Of a stretch of 64,000 bases of DNA, positions 17,303 through 26,551 are shown piece by piece; the stretch's first letter is position 1, and the number at the start of each line of letters is the position of its first letter. The notes beneath the pieces were generated by a model. The model was not told where the DNA came from. It saw only the letters and a list, made by a program, of their open reading frames with translations, and made no database searches. The stretch comes from an uncultured Clostridia bacterium (lineage in GTDB: Bacteria > Bacillota > Clostridia > RUG12999): contig CAMNSU010000003.1 in NCBI GenBank assembly GCA_946555455.1, positions 900-64,899 of the forward strand, in the 5' to 3' direction. The position numbers were made by a program, and so were the translations under genes.

Positions 17303-18706
17303 ATGCAGCTAGTAAAACGGCTGCTCTCCCCACAATATATGGTGAAACCGGAACAGGTGCGAGGCGAAATTCCGGCAGGGAAAGATATCTATCGGCGGAC
17401 GCTGCAAACGGCATGGCCGGCGGCAGTGGAATCAATACTGGTGACGTTGGTCGGCGCGGTGGACACCATTATGGTTGGCGGAATGGGCGCCGGGGCTATC
17501 GCAGCAGTTGGCATTACCAATCAGCCGAAATTGATTTTAATGGCGCTTATCATGTCGCTGAATGTAGGCGTTACGGCGGTCGTCGCGCGGCGGCGCGGAG
17601 AAAACAACCGGCAGGGCGCGCTTGCCTGTTTGAAACAGTCCTTGATGATAAGCATAGGAATCAGCCTGCTGCTCTCTGTTTTAGGTTTTTTCTTTGCCAC
17701 ACCGCTGCTGCGTGTTGCAGGGGCAGGAGAGGATATTTTAAAAGACGCTGTGACTTATTTCCGCATACTAATGTGCGGCATCATGCTCACCTCTGTCAGT
17801 TTGACCATCAATGCGGCGCAGCGCGGCTGCGGCAACACGAAAATATCTATGCGGACAAATTTGACAGCAAACATTATCAATATTCTTTTTGACTATCTGC
17901 TCATTGGCGGGCATTTGGGATTTCCGCAGATGGGTGTTGCGGGTGCGGCGCTGGCGACGGTGCTGGGTAATCTGGTGGCGTGCATGATGTCTGTTTGGTC
18001 GGTGACAAAACAAAACACTTTTTTGACCGTGAAAGGATGGCGCGGCTGGTCGTTTGACCGAAAAACAGTGAAATCGGTTATGAACATCAGCAGCGGCGCC
18101 ATGGTAGAGCAGGTATTTATGCGCGTTGGGTTTTTCGTGTATGCGGCGATTGTGGCGCGGCTGGGAACCATTGCGTTTTCCACGCACCAAATCTGTATGA
18201 ACATCATTCATCTGTCGTTCAGTTTTGGAGACGGACTTGGTATTGCAGCGGCGTCTTTGGTGGGACAGAGTTTGGGCGCGCGCCGCAGCGATATGGCGAT
18301 TATCTATGGAAAAACGGCGCAGCGCGTTGCATTTGCCGCCTCAACGCTGCTCTTTTTCCTATTTATTTTTGGACGGCGTTTTTTGGTGATGTTATTCACG
18401 GACGAAGCGGCAATTATTGCGCAGGGGGCAGTGATTCTGGTTATTATCGCCTTTACCACCCATGCGCAGACGTCGCAGGTGGTCATGACAGGGAGCCTGC
18501 GCGGTGCAGGCGATACCAAATTTGTGGCGTTGACGGCGTTTTTATCCATTGCGGTTATCCGTCCCACACTGACATGGCTGCTTTGCATGGTGGGTTCCTT
18601 TGGGCTATCCGGTGCATGGATTGCCCTGTTGATTGACCAATATATGCGTATGAGTTTTAATTTGGCACGGTTTTCACATGGAAAATGGACAACAAAAGAA
18701 CTATAA
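17303..18706 (+). CDS. MATE family efflux transporter
   Basis: 467 aa with 12 TM helices and the N-terminal MATE signature (RRTLQTAWPAAVESILVTLVGAVDTIMVG). An alternative start is at M13. Confidence 0.85.
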   Translation: MQLVKRLLSPQYMVKPEQVRGEIPAGKDIYRRTLQTAWPAAVESILVTLVGAVDTIMVGGMGAGAIAAVGITNQPKLILMALIMSLNVGVTAVVARRRGENNRQGALACLKQSLMISIGISLLLSVLGFFFATPLLRVAGAGEDILKDAVTYFRILMCGIMLTSVSLTINAAQRGCGNTKISMRTNLTANIINILFDYLLIGGHLGFPQMGVAGAALATVLGNLVACMMSVWSVTKQNTFLTVKGWRGWSFDRKTVKSVMNISSGAMVEQVFMRVGFFVYAAIVARLGTIAFSTHQICMNIIHLSFSFGDGLGIAAASLVGQSLGARRSDMAIIYGKTAQRVAFAASTLLFFLFIFGRRFLVMLFTDEAAIIAQGAVILVIIAFTTHAQTSQVVMTGSLRGAGDTKFVALTAFLSIAVIRPTLTWLLCMVGSFGLSGAWIALLIDQYMRMSFNLARFSHGKWTTKEL

Positions 18707-18720
18707 ACGGAGGAAGAACT

Positions 18721-19290
18721 ATGGAAAAAGTGGTGTTGGCGTCGAACAATGCAGGAAAACTGCGGGAGTTTCGGGAAATTTTAGAGGGACTGTTTGAAAT
18801 TGTTTCCCTGCGGGATTTGGGACTGGAAGCAGACCCGGAGGAGACGGGCGGCAGTTTTGCAGAAAATGCGCGGATAAAGGCGGAATATTCCTGCCGTCTC
18901 AGCGGTTTACCCGCGCTTGCAGATGATTCGGGATTGGAAGTGGACGCATTGGGCGGCGCGCCCGGTATCTACAGCGCGCGTTATGCGCCTGGTACGGACG
19001 CGGACAGGGTGGCAAAATTGCTGCGCGACATGGAAAACATGGAGGACAGAACAGCGCGGTTTGTTTCGGCGGTTGCGCTGGTATATCCGGACGGACGGCA
19101 GGTGACGGCGCGCGGAACCTGCGAAGGCGTTATTACGCGGCAGCCGCAGGGTGAGGGCGGATTCGGCTATGACCCGATATTTTTGCCTGATGGCTATGAC
19201 CAAACCTTCGGACTGCTCAGCGCAGAGACAAAAAACAGCATTTCCCACCGCGGCAGAGCGGTGCGCGCACTGCGGGAAAAATTACGTTGA
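18721..19290 (+). CDS. rdgB: XTP/dITP diphosphatase (RdgB/Ham1 non-canonical purine NTP pyrophosphatase)
   Basis: Start at MEKVVLASNNAGKLREF, preceded by GGAGGAAG. Ham1 motifs SNN.GK, FGYDPIF and S.ETKN..SHRG are present. Confidence 0.85.
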   Translation: MEKVVLASNNAGKLREFREILEGLFEIVSLRDLGLEADPEETGGSFAENARIKAEYSCRLSGLPALADDSGLEVDALGGAPGIYSARYAPGTDADRVAKLLRDMENMEDRTARFVSAVALVYPDGRQVTARGTCEGVITRQPQGEGGFGYDPIFLPDGYDQTFGLLSAETKNSISHRGRAVRALREKLR

Positions 19291-19354
19291 TTTGGCGGGA
19301 CAACTCGGGCAGTGTTTGCCGGTTTGAACCTGCACAAAATGATGTATCAAAATT

Positions 19355-19822
19355 TTAAGTTTTTGGCGATTCTATTTTTATTGCATGAAATTTTTTCTGC
19401 ATACTATCCGAAAACAGCGTGGTAAGACGTATCAATTCGGCAATCTCTTTGGCGTTTAATTCGCCCATAGCGTCTACTTCCGCGTTAGCGGCGGGCGGAA
19501 TGATTTGATTTACATATGCTGTGCCTGCGTCAGTGAAGCGAATCATTTTGTTTCGCCTGTCCGTTTCGGATTCGGAGAGAGAGATATAACCCAGTTTCAA
19601 AAATTTTTTAATAATTGCATTTATCGTTTGTTTCGTTGCGGATAGTCGTTCGCATATTTCTGACTGCATACAGCCCTCCGGTGAAAACCAAATCAAATCA
19701 AGCACAAACAATTCCTTTGCGGTTAGGTGATGTTTTCGCGCAAACATTTCGTAAGCGGCAAATTGAATATCCCGCAGTCTGCAATATTGATTCACATAGT
19801 CTCTTAATTCTTCTCGCTTCAT
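19355..19822 (-). CDS. MarR family transcriptional regulator
   Basis: 155 aa with a winged HTH (LTAKELFVLDLIWFSPEGCMQSEICERLSATKQTINAIIKKFLKLGYI...TDRRNKMIRFT). It lies downstream of the MFS gene in the same operon. Confidence 0.85.
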   Translation of the reverse strand: MKREELRDYVNQYCRLRDIQFAAYEMFARKHHLTAKELFVLDLIWFSPEGCMQSEICERLSATKQTINAIIKKFLKLGYISLSESETDRRNKMIRFTDAGTAYVNQIIPPAANAEVDAMGELNAKEIAELIRLTTLFSDSMQKKFHAIKIESPKT

Positions 19823-19837
19823 AAGACATCATTCCTT

Positions 19838-21007
19838 TCAGTAATTGCTGTTGGTTTTACATGCTCTTTCTGTCTTTGAAATCATAACAAGCATTAATAT
19901 CAGAAAAAACATAAGATATACCGGCATAAGTTTTAGGGTGATATGGTTTGCAATCAAACCGAATACAGGCGGCATAAAAGTTGAGCCTACATAAGCGCTT
20001 GCCATTTGGATTCCGATAATTGCCTGCGAATTTTCAGCGCCGAAATTGTTTGGCGTTGCATGGATAATGCAGGGATAAATCGGCGCGCAGCCCAGACCGA
20101 CGATAATAAAACCTATGATTGACGTTGTTTTTAGCGGAACAGCTACGCAGACCGTACCGCACAACGCAATCAGCGCGCCAACTCGTATCATTTTGGTATC
20201 GCCCAATTTATCGGAAATAAATCCCGCCAAAAATCTTCCTGCCGTTATACCGATAAAAAATAACGCGCCGAACGCCGCTGCCGTTTCTTTTGCTATGCCG
20301 CGCGCACCCTCCAGAAAGCTGCTCGTCCAAAGCATAGCTGTAGCTTCCGACGCGCAGTATGCCATAAAACCGATAAGAAGATACGGTACACCCTTTATTT
20401 TCAGCGCGCCTTTGATGCCTAAAGGCTTTGCACTGTTTGTGTCCGCCAAACTGTTTTTGTTGATTTTCCATAGCGGCAGGGACAGCAGCATAATCAGGAC
20501 TATCCCAAATTGTATATAGGACACTGTACGGTATCCGTTTGTCCATACGCTGTGTGTTAGCGCATAACTCATAATATAAGGACTGATGATGGTTCCGACG
20601 CCCCAAAAACAATGAAGCCAACTCATATGTCTTGAATTATAATGCAGCGCCACATAGTTGTTTAATGCGGCGTCAATTGCTCCCGCGCCCAATCCGTACG
20701 GAATCGCCCACAGACAAAGTTGATAAAACGCGGTGGCTCCGGAAAAACCGAGCATGGCGATTGCTGTAAGAAATATGCTGACAACCGTAACGGTTCTTGT
20801 TCCGCATTTTCGCGTAAGCCGTTCCGACAGCAGCCCCGAAATAATTGTGCCGCCGGATATAATCATTGAGACGATTCCCATATACGACAGCGGCACATGA
20901 AATGAATGGTAAATTGTAGGCCACGCCGAACCCAAAAGCGAGTCCGGCAAGCCGAGACTGATAAAAGCGATATAAATAACAGTCAATAATAATAAATACA
21001 TTTTCAT
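19838..21007 (-). CDS. MFS transporter
   Basis: 389 aa with 12 TM helices. The RBS is TAGGAGA. Confidence 0.85.
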   Translation of the reverse strand: MKMYLLLLTVIYIAFISLGLPDSLLGSAWPTIYHSFHVPLSYMGIVSMIISGGTIISGLLSERLTRKCGTRTVTVVSIFLTAIAMLGFSGATAFYQLCLWAIPYGLGAGAIDAALNNYVALHYNSRHMSWLHCFWGVGTIISPYIMSYALTHSVWTNGYRTVSYIQFGIVLIMLLSLPLWKINKNSLADTNSAKPLGIKGALKIKGVPYLLIGFMAYCASEATAMLWTSSFLEGARGIAKETAAAFGALFFIGITAGRFLAGFISDKLGDTKMIRVGALIALCGTVCVAVPLKTTSIIGFIIVGLGCAPIYPCIIHATPNNFGAENSQAIIGIQMASAYVGSTFMPPVFGLIANHITLKLMPVYLMFFLILMLVMISKTERACKTNSNY

Positions 21008-21027
21008 TTTCTCCTAATCAGTTCAAT

Positions 21028-21852
21028 TTATTTTTGACAATTTTGACAATAGACGCTTGACCGTCCGCCGATAACCATTTTGCAAAGCGTATCGCCGCAT
21101 TTGGGGCAAGGCTCGCCCGCATGTCCATAGATTTGCAAAAACGGCGTATTTCGGTAATCTTGTCCCTTTGTTTCTAAATATTCTTCTGCTGTCAATCGGT
21201 TTTTTTCAATAAAATAATTCAGCCGTTCGGGAATAATCACCGCAATATGTTTCCATTCATCAAACGTCAAGCTGTTTGCTCTGCGTTTGGGATGAACACC
21301 AGCCGCAAATAAAATCTCGTCGGAATAGATATTACCGATACCCGCGACAATATTTTGTTCCAGCAAACATTCCTTGACCGTTTTTTTACGGTTTTTGCAT
21401 TTCTCGTTCAGATATTCGGCTGTTAAGGATTCATCAAACGGCTCTAAACCGAGTTTATGTATTCCACTGTATGTATCTTCTTTGTCACGCCCTACAAGCC
21501 AAAGGCGGCCGAAACGGCGCGTATCGGAAAATCGCAGTTCGTTTCCGCTGCCAAGTTTGAAGATAATATGCGTGTGTTTTTCCGTCGGATAGTTCGGCGG
21601 CGTAAGCAGCAAACAGCCCGTCATTCTTAAATGTAAAATAATTCGTCCGCCGTTTTCAAGCAGGATAATCAAAAATTTTCCGCGCCGCTGCATACCGCAA
21701 ATTTTCTGTCCTTTGACAGATGTATAAAATTCTTCGGCGGTGGGGTATTCTATGATTTCGGGGCGGTTTATGATGATATCGTCAATTCTCAAATTCTTTA
21801 TTTGAAGCTCGATTACTCTTTTTATCGTTTCTACTTCGGGTAATTCTGGCAT
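21028..21852 (-). CDS. mutM: formamidopyrimidine-DNA glycosylase (Fpg/MutM family, bifunctional glycosylase/AP lyase)
   Basis: 274 aa starting MPELPEVE, where Pro2 is the catalytic residue. The H2TH region and a C-terminal zinc finger CPKCG...CQNC are present. Confidence 0.9.
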   Translation of the reverse strand: MPELPEVETIKRVIELQIKNLRIDDIIINRPEIIEYPTAEEFYTSVKGQKICGMQRRGKFLIILLENGGRIILHLRMTGCLLLTPPNYPTEKHTHIIFKLGSGNELRFSDTRRFGRLWLVGRDKEDTYSGIHKLGLEPFDESLTAEYLNEKCKNRKKTVKECLLEQNIVAGIGNIYSDEILFAAGVHPKRRANSLTFDEWKHIAVIIPERLNYFIEKNRLTAEEYLETKGQDYRNTPFLQIYGHAGEPCPKCGDTLCKMVIGGRSSVYCQNCQK

Positions 21853-21857
21853 GGCTA

Positions 21858-22742
21858 TTAGTCCTTTCTTGCGGATTTTTTTATCTGTTCGTGGTAAAAA
21901 TAGTTTACCACAACAGGCGGTGCGTCAAATGGTCTTGACATTGTATCATCATTTATAACATAATCAAGTTCCAGAGACTTTGTAAATTCGCAAAGCTCAC
22001 CGTCCAACCTCTGCCAGTAACATTGGTTTCCCTTTTTGTAAATTTCATCATACAGCGGCGTTAAATGCGGATATTTTTCCGTTATATATTCTAAAATCAC
22101 ATTCTTATAATCACCGCGCAAATTCAAGTTTTCAAGCCATACCAGATTACATTTATCTTTTGCCGTGTTGATAATTGCTTTAACATCTGTTATTTCAGGG
22201 AAAATCGGCGATATAAAGCAAGTGGTGCGAATGCCTGCGTTATGAAATATCTCCATAGCCGCAAGCCGTCTTTCAATACTAACACCCTTGTCCATATCGT
22301 TTTTGAAGTTCTCATCAAGCGTGTTAATTGACCACGAAACGCGTGCGTCAGGGAAGCTCTTTATCAAATCCAAATCGCGCAAAATCAAATCCGACTTTGT
22401 GGCAATACTGAGTTTTGCACCGCTGCCTTTTAACTCGGTCAATAATGCCTTCGTTCGTTCAAAGGTTTTCTCTTGTGGATTGTATGGGTCTGTTACCGAG
22501 CCGATAAAAAGCTCTTTGCCATTATACTTCTGCGGATTTTTTATCGGGTCCCAATGCTTCACATCTAAAAAAGTACCCCACGGTTCAGTATGGCCCGTAA
22601 ACCGTTTCATAAAAGACGCGTAACAGTATTTGCAAGCGTGCGTACAGCCCGTATAAGGATTGACGGAATAATCGCAAACGGGCAAATTTGATTTTGTGAT
22701 GACGGATTTTGTTTCCGTTTCTGTGATAATCGGAGAACACAT
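21858..22742 (-). CDS. radical SAM protein, SplB/spore-photoproduct-lyase-like (COG1533 DNA repair photolyase family)
   Basis: Start at the ATG (MCSPII) preceded by GGGAGTGTGG, 1 nt after the upstream stop. The product is 294 aa with the CX3CX2C motif CTHACKYCYA near the N-terminus. Confidence 0.8.
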   Translation of the reverse strand: MCSPIITETETKSVITKSNLPVCDYSVNPYTGCTHACKYCYASFMKRFTGHTEPWGTFLDVKHWDPIKNPQKYNGKELFIGSVTDPYNPQEKTFERTKALLTELKGSGAKLSIATKSDLILRDLDLIKSFPDARVSWSINTLDENFKNDMDKGVSIERRLAAMEIFHNAGIRTTCFISPIFPEITDVKAIINTAKDKCNLVWLENLNLRGDYKNVILEYITEKYPHLTPLYDEIYKKGNQCYWQRLDGELCEFTKSLELDYVINDDTMSRPFDAPPVVVNYFYHEQIKKSARKD

Positions 22743-22743
22743 A

Positions 22744-23355
22744 TTACCACACTCCCAAATGTATATTGTTATCCGGTTTGGTGTCATATTGCTCTAAAAT
22801 AAGTTCGTCCTCTTTCGGATAGCCGACTCCGATAAAGCAAGGCGTCATCCAGCCCGCTGGTACGCAGAGCCTATCAAGCACAATATTGTGTTCCTTATTT
22901 AAGGGAATACGAAGCGAATATCCCAGCCCTTCATTTATAACGGCAAGCATAATATTTTCGGTAACGCACCAAGCAGTAGTAAGAGGGTTTAATTTACTTA
23001 CCCATTCCGCGTTTAACTTATTGCACTTAAAAAGCGGGACAATTACATACGGACAGTCAACCAACATTGTGTACTGCTTCGGCATAGCATAAGCATACAT
23101 TTTTTGCGCCAGATTTAATTTTCTGTTTTGGTATTTTGTAATGTCAAATTTTTCTGCAATAAACTTGGCATAGCTAAAAGCGTTCTCCTTTTCTTCTTTG
23201 GTATGAAGAACAATAAACTGCCAATTCCTGTAATGATCCCAAGAGGGGGCTTTCATTCCAACCTCTATTATTCTTTTTATCACAGCAAAATCAATGTCCT
23301 TGTCCGTCCATTCTCTGCTGGTCTTTCTTTTGCTTATAACTTCATTAAAATCCAT
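22744..23355 (-). CDS. nitroreductase family protein
   Basis: 203 aa with a nitroreductase fold signature (KRKTSREWTDKDID.....I.E.G..APS..H...W.F.V...). Confidence 0.75.
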   Translation of the reverse strand: MDFNEVISKRKTSREWTDKDIDFAVIKRIIEVGMKAPSWDHYRNWQFIVLHTKEEKENAFSYAKFIAEKFDITKYQNRKLNLAQKMYAYAMPKQYTMLVDCPYVIVPLFKCNKLNAEWVSKLNPLTTAWCVTENIMLAVINEGLGYSLRIPLNKEHNIVLDRLCVPAGWMTPCFIGVGYPKEDELILEQYDTKPDNNIHLGVW

Positions 23356-23377
23356 TTCTATAGTCCTCCTAAATGAA

Positions 23378-24292
23378 CTATTTAACTAAAAAACTTTTTT
23401 GTGCGCCTTGTATAATCGTGTCTGACTCTTTTAATTCGCCGAGTAAAAGCGGTGAATTTGGGTTGTGAAATTTGTAGTTTTCAAATGCTTTTTTGGGGTT
23501 TTTATTTGCGTAACAGTATTTACAGCCATTCATACAAGTATCATACGCGCCGATGTCGCGGCTTTTAATGCAGTGGCAGCCTTGCCGCATACCCTTGTGT
23601 TTGAGCGTCTTAAATGCAATGCCGTTTGCTTTGCCTAAAATGTCAAGCGTCATACAGCCCGAGTTGTGAATACCATATTTTGAAAAATCGCCGTTTGTGC
23701 CGCAGGTCTGGATATAAATACCGTTTTTCTTTGCTATGCCGCCTAATATTTCCGCAAGTGCGTCCATATCGTCTGTGCCAAGCGGAATAAGTTCCGGCAT
23801 GTTGGATTCCAACTTTTTATACATTTCTACAAAGCTAAAAATACAGCGGTCAATATATGGTGCAAGTTTTTCCGCCATATATGCAAAAATCTTTTTGTGC
23901 GTGTCAACCGTGTATTTGTCCGTTAAAAGCACAGGGTCATAGCGCCACGCTATGCGTTCCTTACCGACAATTTCGCAAAGTTCTATCAATGTTTCGATAC
24001 TCGCGTCAATACTCGGTACGCCCGGCTCAAGGTCTTTTCCATAGGCAGTTATTGTATAGTGGAAATAGGTATGAAATTTATCTGTTATGCGTTTAATATC
24101 ACGTAATATCGGTTTGTAATTCTTTGAACAGAACACAACGCAATCTACTTTGTCCGGCGTTAATTCATAGCGTGTAACCTTGTTTGGAAACAGGGGATTG
24201 CGTGATAAAACATATCCCTCATTAAATCTGTTCAAAAGCCATTTTGTATAGTATTGTACGCTATCGGTTCTCCCGCCTGTGTTGATAACCAT
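23378..24292 (-). CDS. DUF1848 domain-containing protein (paralogue 2)
   Basis: 304 aa. It shares the SRRTD/GGRTD, YY.KWL.NRF.EGY and ...CMNGCKYCYAN motifs with the ORF at 798-1730. It is first gene of the DUF1848-nitroreductase-rSAM-fpg string. Confidence 0.8.
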   Translation of the reverse strand: MVINTGGRTDSVQYYTKWLLNRFNEGYVLSRNPLFPNKVTRYELTPDKVDCVVFCSKNYKPILRDIKRITDKFHTYFHYTITAYGKDLEPGVPSIDASIETLIELCEIVGKERIAWRYDPVLLTDKYTVDTHKKIFAYMAEKLAPYIDRCIFSFVEMYKKLESNMPELIPLGTDDMDALAEILGGIAKKNGIYIQTCGTNGDFSKYGIHNSGCMTLDILGKANGIAFKTLKHKGMRQGCHCIKSRDIGAYDTCMNGCKYCYANKNPKKAFENYKFHNPNSPLLLGELKESDTIIQGAQKSFLVK

Positions 24293-24564
24293 ATAAAGTC
24301 CTCCATATCGCCTGTATATAAGTACGATATTAGATAGTCTAATATCATACTATAAGAATAACACAAATTTATACTGATGTCAATAGAAATATTGTGGCAA
24401 ATAGGAATATAAAAAAACGATTTTAAGAATATCCGGTATCATCAAACAATAGAAATCTGCCCAATGGAATGATGTTTCCATATAAAAAGTGAGTGTTTAT
24501 ACGGTTGATAAAGGTAAAAGTTTTTTTGAATCATTATCTATGACGCCGCGGTTGGGGCAAAAAA

Positions 24565-24598
24565 ATAGCCTATCACTTTTATGGGATAGGCTATTTTG
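24565..24598. terminator. hairpin terminator (bidirectional)
   Basis: ATAGCCTATC / GATAGGCTAT is a 10-bp perfect stem with a 10-nt loop, between an AAAAA run and TTTTGCGG. It lies downstream of the minus-strand hydrolase gene that ends at 24674. Confidence 0.55.
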
Positions 24599-24673
24599 CG
24601 GATGGTTGACGTTTATGAGAGTCTGCCCGAACGGATATATTTCTTCTTTGATAGAACAGAAGAAAGCAACATT

Positions 24674-26392
24674 TTAATCCAGCGCCGTGACAACTTCCAA
24701 TAATTCTTTGCGCACGCGGCGGTAAACCGCAACGTCTTTTTCAAAATCATTGAATTGACGGAACACTTTGGCAATCAGCGCCGCTGCTTCGTCGGGACAC
24801 TGCGCGCGCAGTGTTTCCAGCATACACAAATCCTCTAAACCAATGCGGTGCGCTTCGCTGCGTGTGCAAATCAGCGGCATATCGTGCCCAGGGAAGAAAA
24901 TTGCGCCGTCGCCTGCCGGCAGATACATTGCATATTTGGGGTGGAATTCCAGCACTTTTTCCCAGAACGAGCCCGCCTGATGGCGGAACACACCTTCGCT
25001 GTGATAGTAGTTGCCGCCCCAATGCAGGAAGCCTTCAATGTCCGTATATTTTGCGGGCGCCCAGCCCAGCCACACTTGGCGCAGGCGTTCCATGTCCTGC
25101 AACCGATTGCAGTAGTTGGCGCCCGGCGTTAGGCAGGAATAGACCCAAATTTTGTCACCTGCCGCCACGCGGCTGTTATAAAAATCAAGCTGCTGTTCGT
25201 ATTGGTCCAACGAGGGACACCAAATATCCATAGTCCCTTCCAGTGGGTGACCCACCAGCGTAGGCTCCAATAGCGGAATGTTCGGCATAGCGGCGCGAAC
25301 AATAGAGGTAATACGGCGGTATGTGTCCTCCAGCGCTTCGTTCGGTTCGTCCAGACAGCACTGCGTCCAGCTATCCGTAAGGTCATGGGCGGCAAGCCAT
25401 GTGTAGAGCTGCTCCGCCATGCTTTTCAAGGTATTTTCACCCGCGCTGCCCGGAATGATTTCTCCTGTCATGCCAACATGGGCTTCCTTGCCATAATCAA
25501 ATGCGTCAAACGCTTTTTGTTTATAAATTTCTGCAATTTCGTCCGGCGATTCCAGTGCACTGTGGTCAATGGAGGCATAGAAAGCGTCGTCGTCCGCCTG
25601 AGAGCAGTGGCGCACTGTAAAAGCGCCGCCGTGGAACAACGTAATACCTGCCCGTTTCGCGACAGCAACCATTGTTTCTAAATGCGCTTCATTTAAAACA
25701 GGTTTGCCTGTTTCGTCCAAATCAAAAATTTCCTCCATGGTAATACAAAAGATGTTTTGTCTGGAATAGACTGCTGCCCGCAGATATTTTTCCAAAATGG
25801 AAAGATAAAGCGGAGACCATTTTTCTGCGCGGTGCGACTGCGCCAACTGCGAAAAAGAAAACCAGTTGACATATTGGAAGGTGTCTTTTCCTGCCGCGGG
25901 CACTTGATACGGATATTCGTCTATAAACAGCGTCAGTTTTTTGGTAGCGTCTCCCTGTGTGACCAGCAGCGTCCATGTCTGCGTGCGCGGCTGACGGCAA
26001 TATTCAATCGGCGTTTTAAACGCAATGGCAGCAGTGGGAAACTGCGGCTGGAAAATGTTATAGAACGGGTCTAAAACATCGTAAATCATGAATGGCGCGC
26101 GGCGGATAACGTGTTCGTTGACGTCATTTTTCAAATATTCCGTGCGCTGCTTCGCACCGGTATTGACCTCCACCGGCAAAGCGCGCAGTTCAAACAGTTT
26201 ATAGCTGCCGTGCGGTCCCTGCACCTCTACGGAAACCGGAATACCGGGCGCAAGTCCGCGCAGGACGATATGTACACCGGCATAGGTTCCATTTGCCCCT
26301 GCTACGCGGTAGGAAGAGAAGCCCTCTGCCGGATTGGTGTCGGGATAGATAGGGGTGAGTTCGTCAAAAAGTGCTGCTTCAAAAGTCTGCAT
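24674..26392 (-). CDS. putative glycoside hydrolase (DUF4091-like, family unassigned)
   Basis: Start at the ATG (MQTFEA) preceded by AGGAGGG. The ORF track begins 2 codons earlier on a TTG. The product is 572 aa and cytoplasmic. Its size and sequence pattern resemble DUF4091 / GH-like proteins found in sugar utilisation loci, but the family cannot be confirmed by eye. Confidence 0.55.
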   Translation of the reverse strand: MQTFEAALFDELTPIYPDTNPAEGFSSYRVAGANGTYAGVHIVLRGLAPGIPVSVEVQGPHGSYKLFELRALPVEVNTGAKQRTEYLKNDVNEHVIRRAPFMIYDVLDPFYNIFQPQFPTAAIAFKTPIEYCRQPRTQTWTLLVTQGDATKKLTLFIDEYPYQVPAAGKDTFQYVNWFSFSQLAQSHRAEKWSPLYLSILEKYLRAAVYSRQNIFCITMEEIFDLDETGKPVLNEAHLETMVAVAKRAGITLFHGGAFTVRHCSQADDDAFYASIDHSALESPDEIAEIYKQKAFDAFDYGKEAHVGMTGEIIPGSAGENTLKSMAEQLYTWLAAHDLTDSWTQCCLDEPNEALEDTYRRITSIVRAAMPNIPLLEPTLVGHPLEGTMDIWCPSLDQYEQQLDFYNSRVAAGDKIWVYSCLTPGANYCNRLQDMERLRQVWLGWAPAKYTDIEGFLHWGGNYYHSEGVFRHQAGSFWEKVLEFHPKYAMYLPAGDGAIFFPGHDMPLICTRSEAHRIGLEDLCMLETLRAQCPDEAAALIAKVFRQFNDFEKDVAVYRRVRKELLEVVTALD

Positions 26393-26551
26393 AGTCAATG
26401 CCCTCCTACAAAATTTTTTTCTGTGCCCATTATAGCGGATAGAGCGTAAAAATGCAATAAACAGATTTTAAACTGAACTAACCGATTTTAAACGTATAGG
26501 TATAACAAACACCAAAACAGACGGAAAAGCTGCTTTGGTGTTTGTTTTCTA

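Noticed and set aside
16920-17435. ORFs 16920-17285(+) and 17013-17435(-) covering the repeat element, and 28963-29145(-) covering copy B
   Set aside because: They span a hairpin-dense repeated sequence. The shared peptide similarity between loci comes from nucleotide identity of a non-coding element. No RBS is present, and the frame is not conserved between copies.
24321-24341. GATATTAG-ATAGT-CTAATATC inverted repeat upstream of the DUF1848/fpg string, considered as a LexA (Cheo) box
   Set aside because: It does not match the Firmicute LexA consensus (GAAC-N4-GTTC), and only the 8-bp arms are symmetric. It is noted only as a possible unknown operator.
26503-26546. Hairpin AACAAACACCAAA...TTTGGTGTTTGTT downstream of the YesS-like gene, considered as its terminator
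   Set aside because: It is a 13-bp stem, but the U-tract is on the wrong side for the minus-strand gene (only TTTTCTATT on the plus side). It may still function weakly, so the call is too uncertain to annotate.
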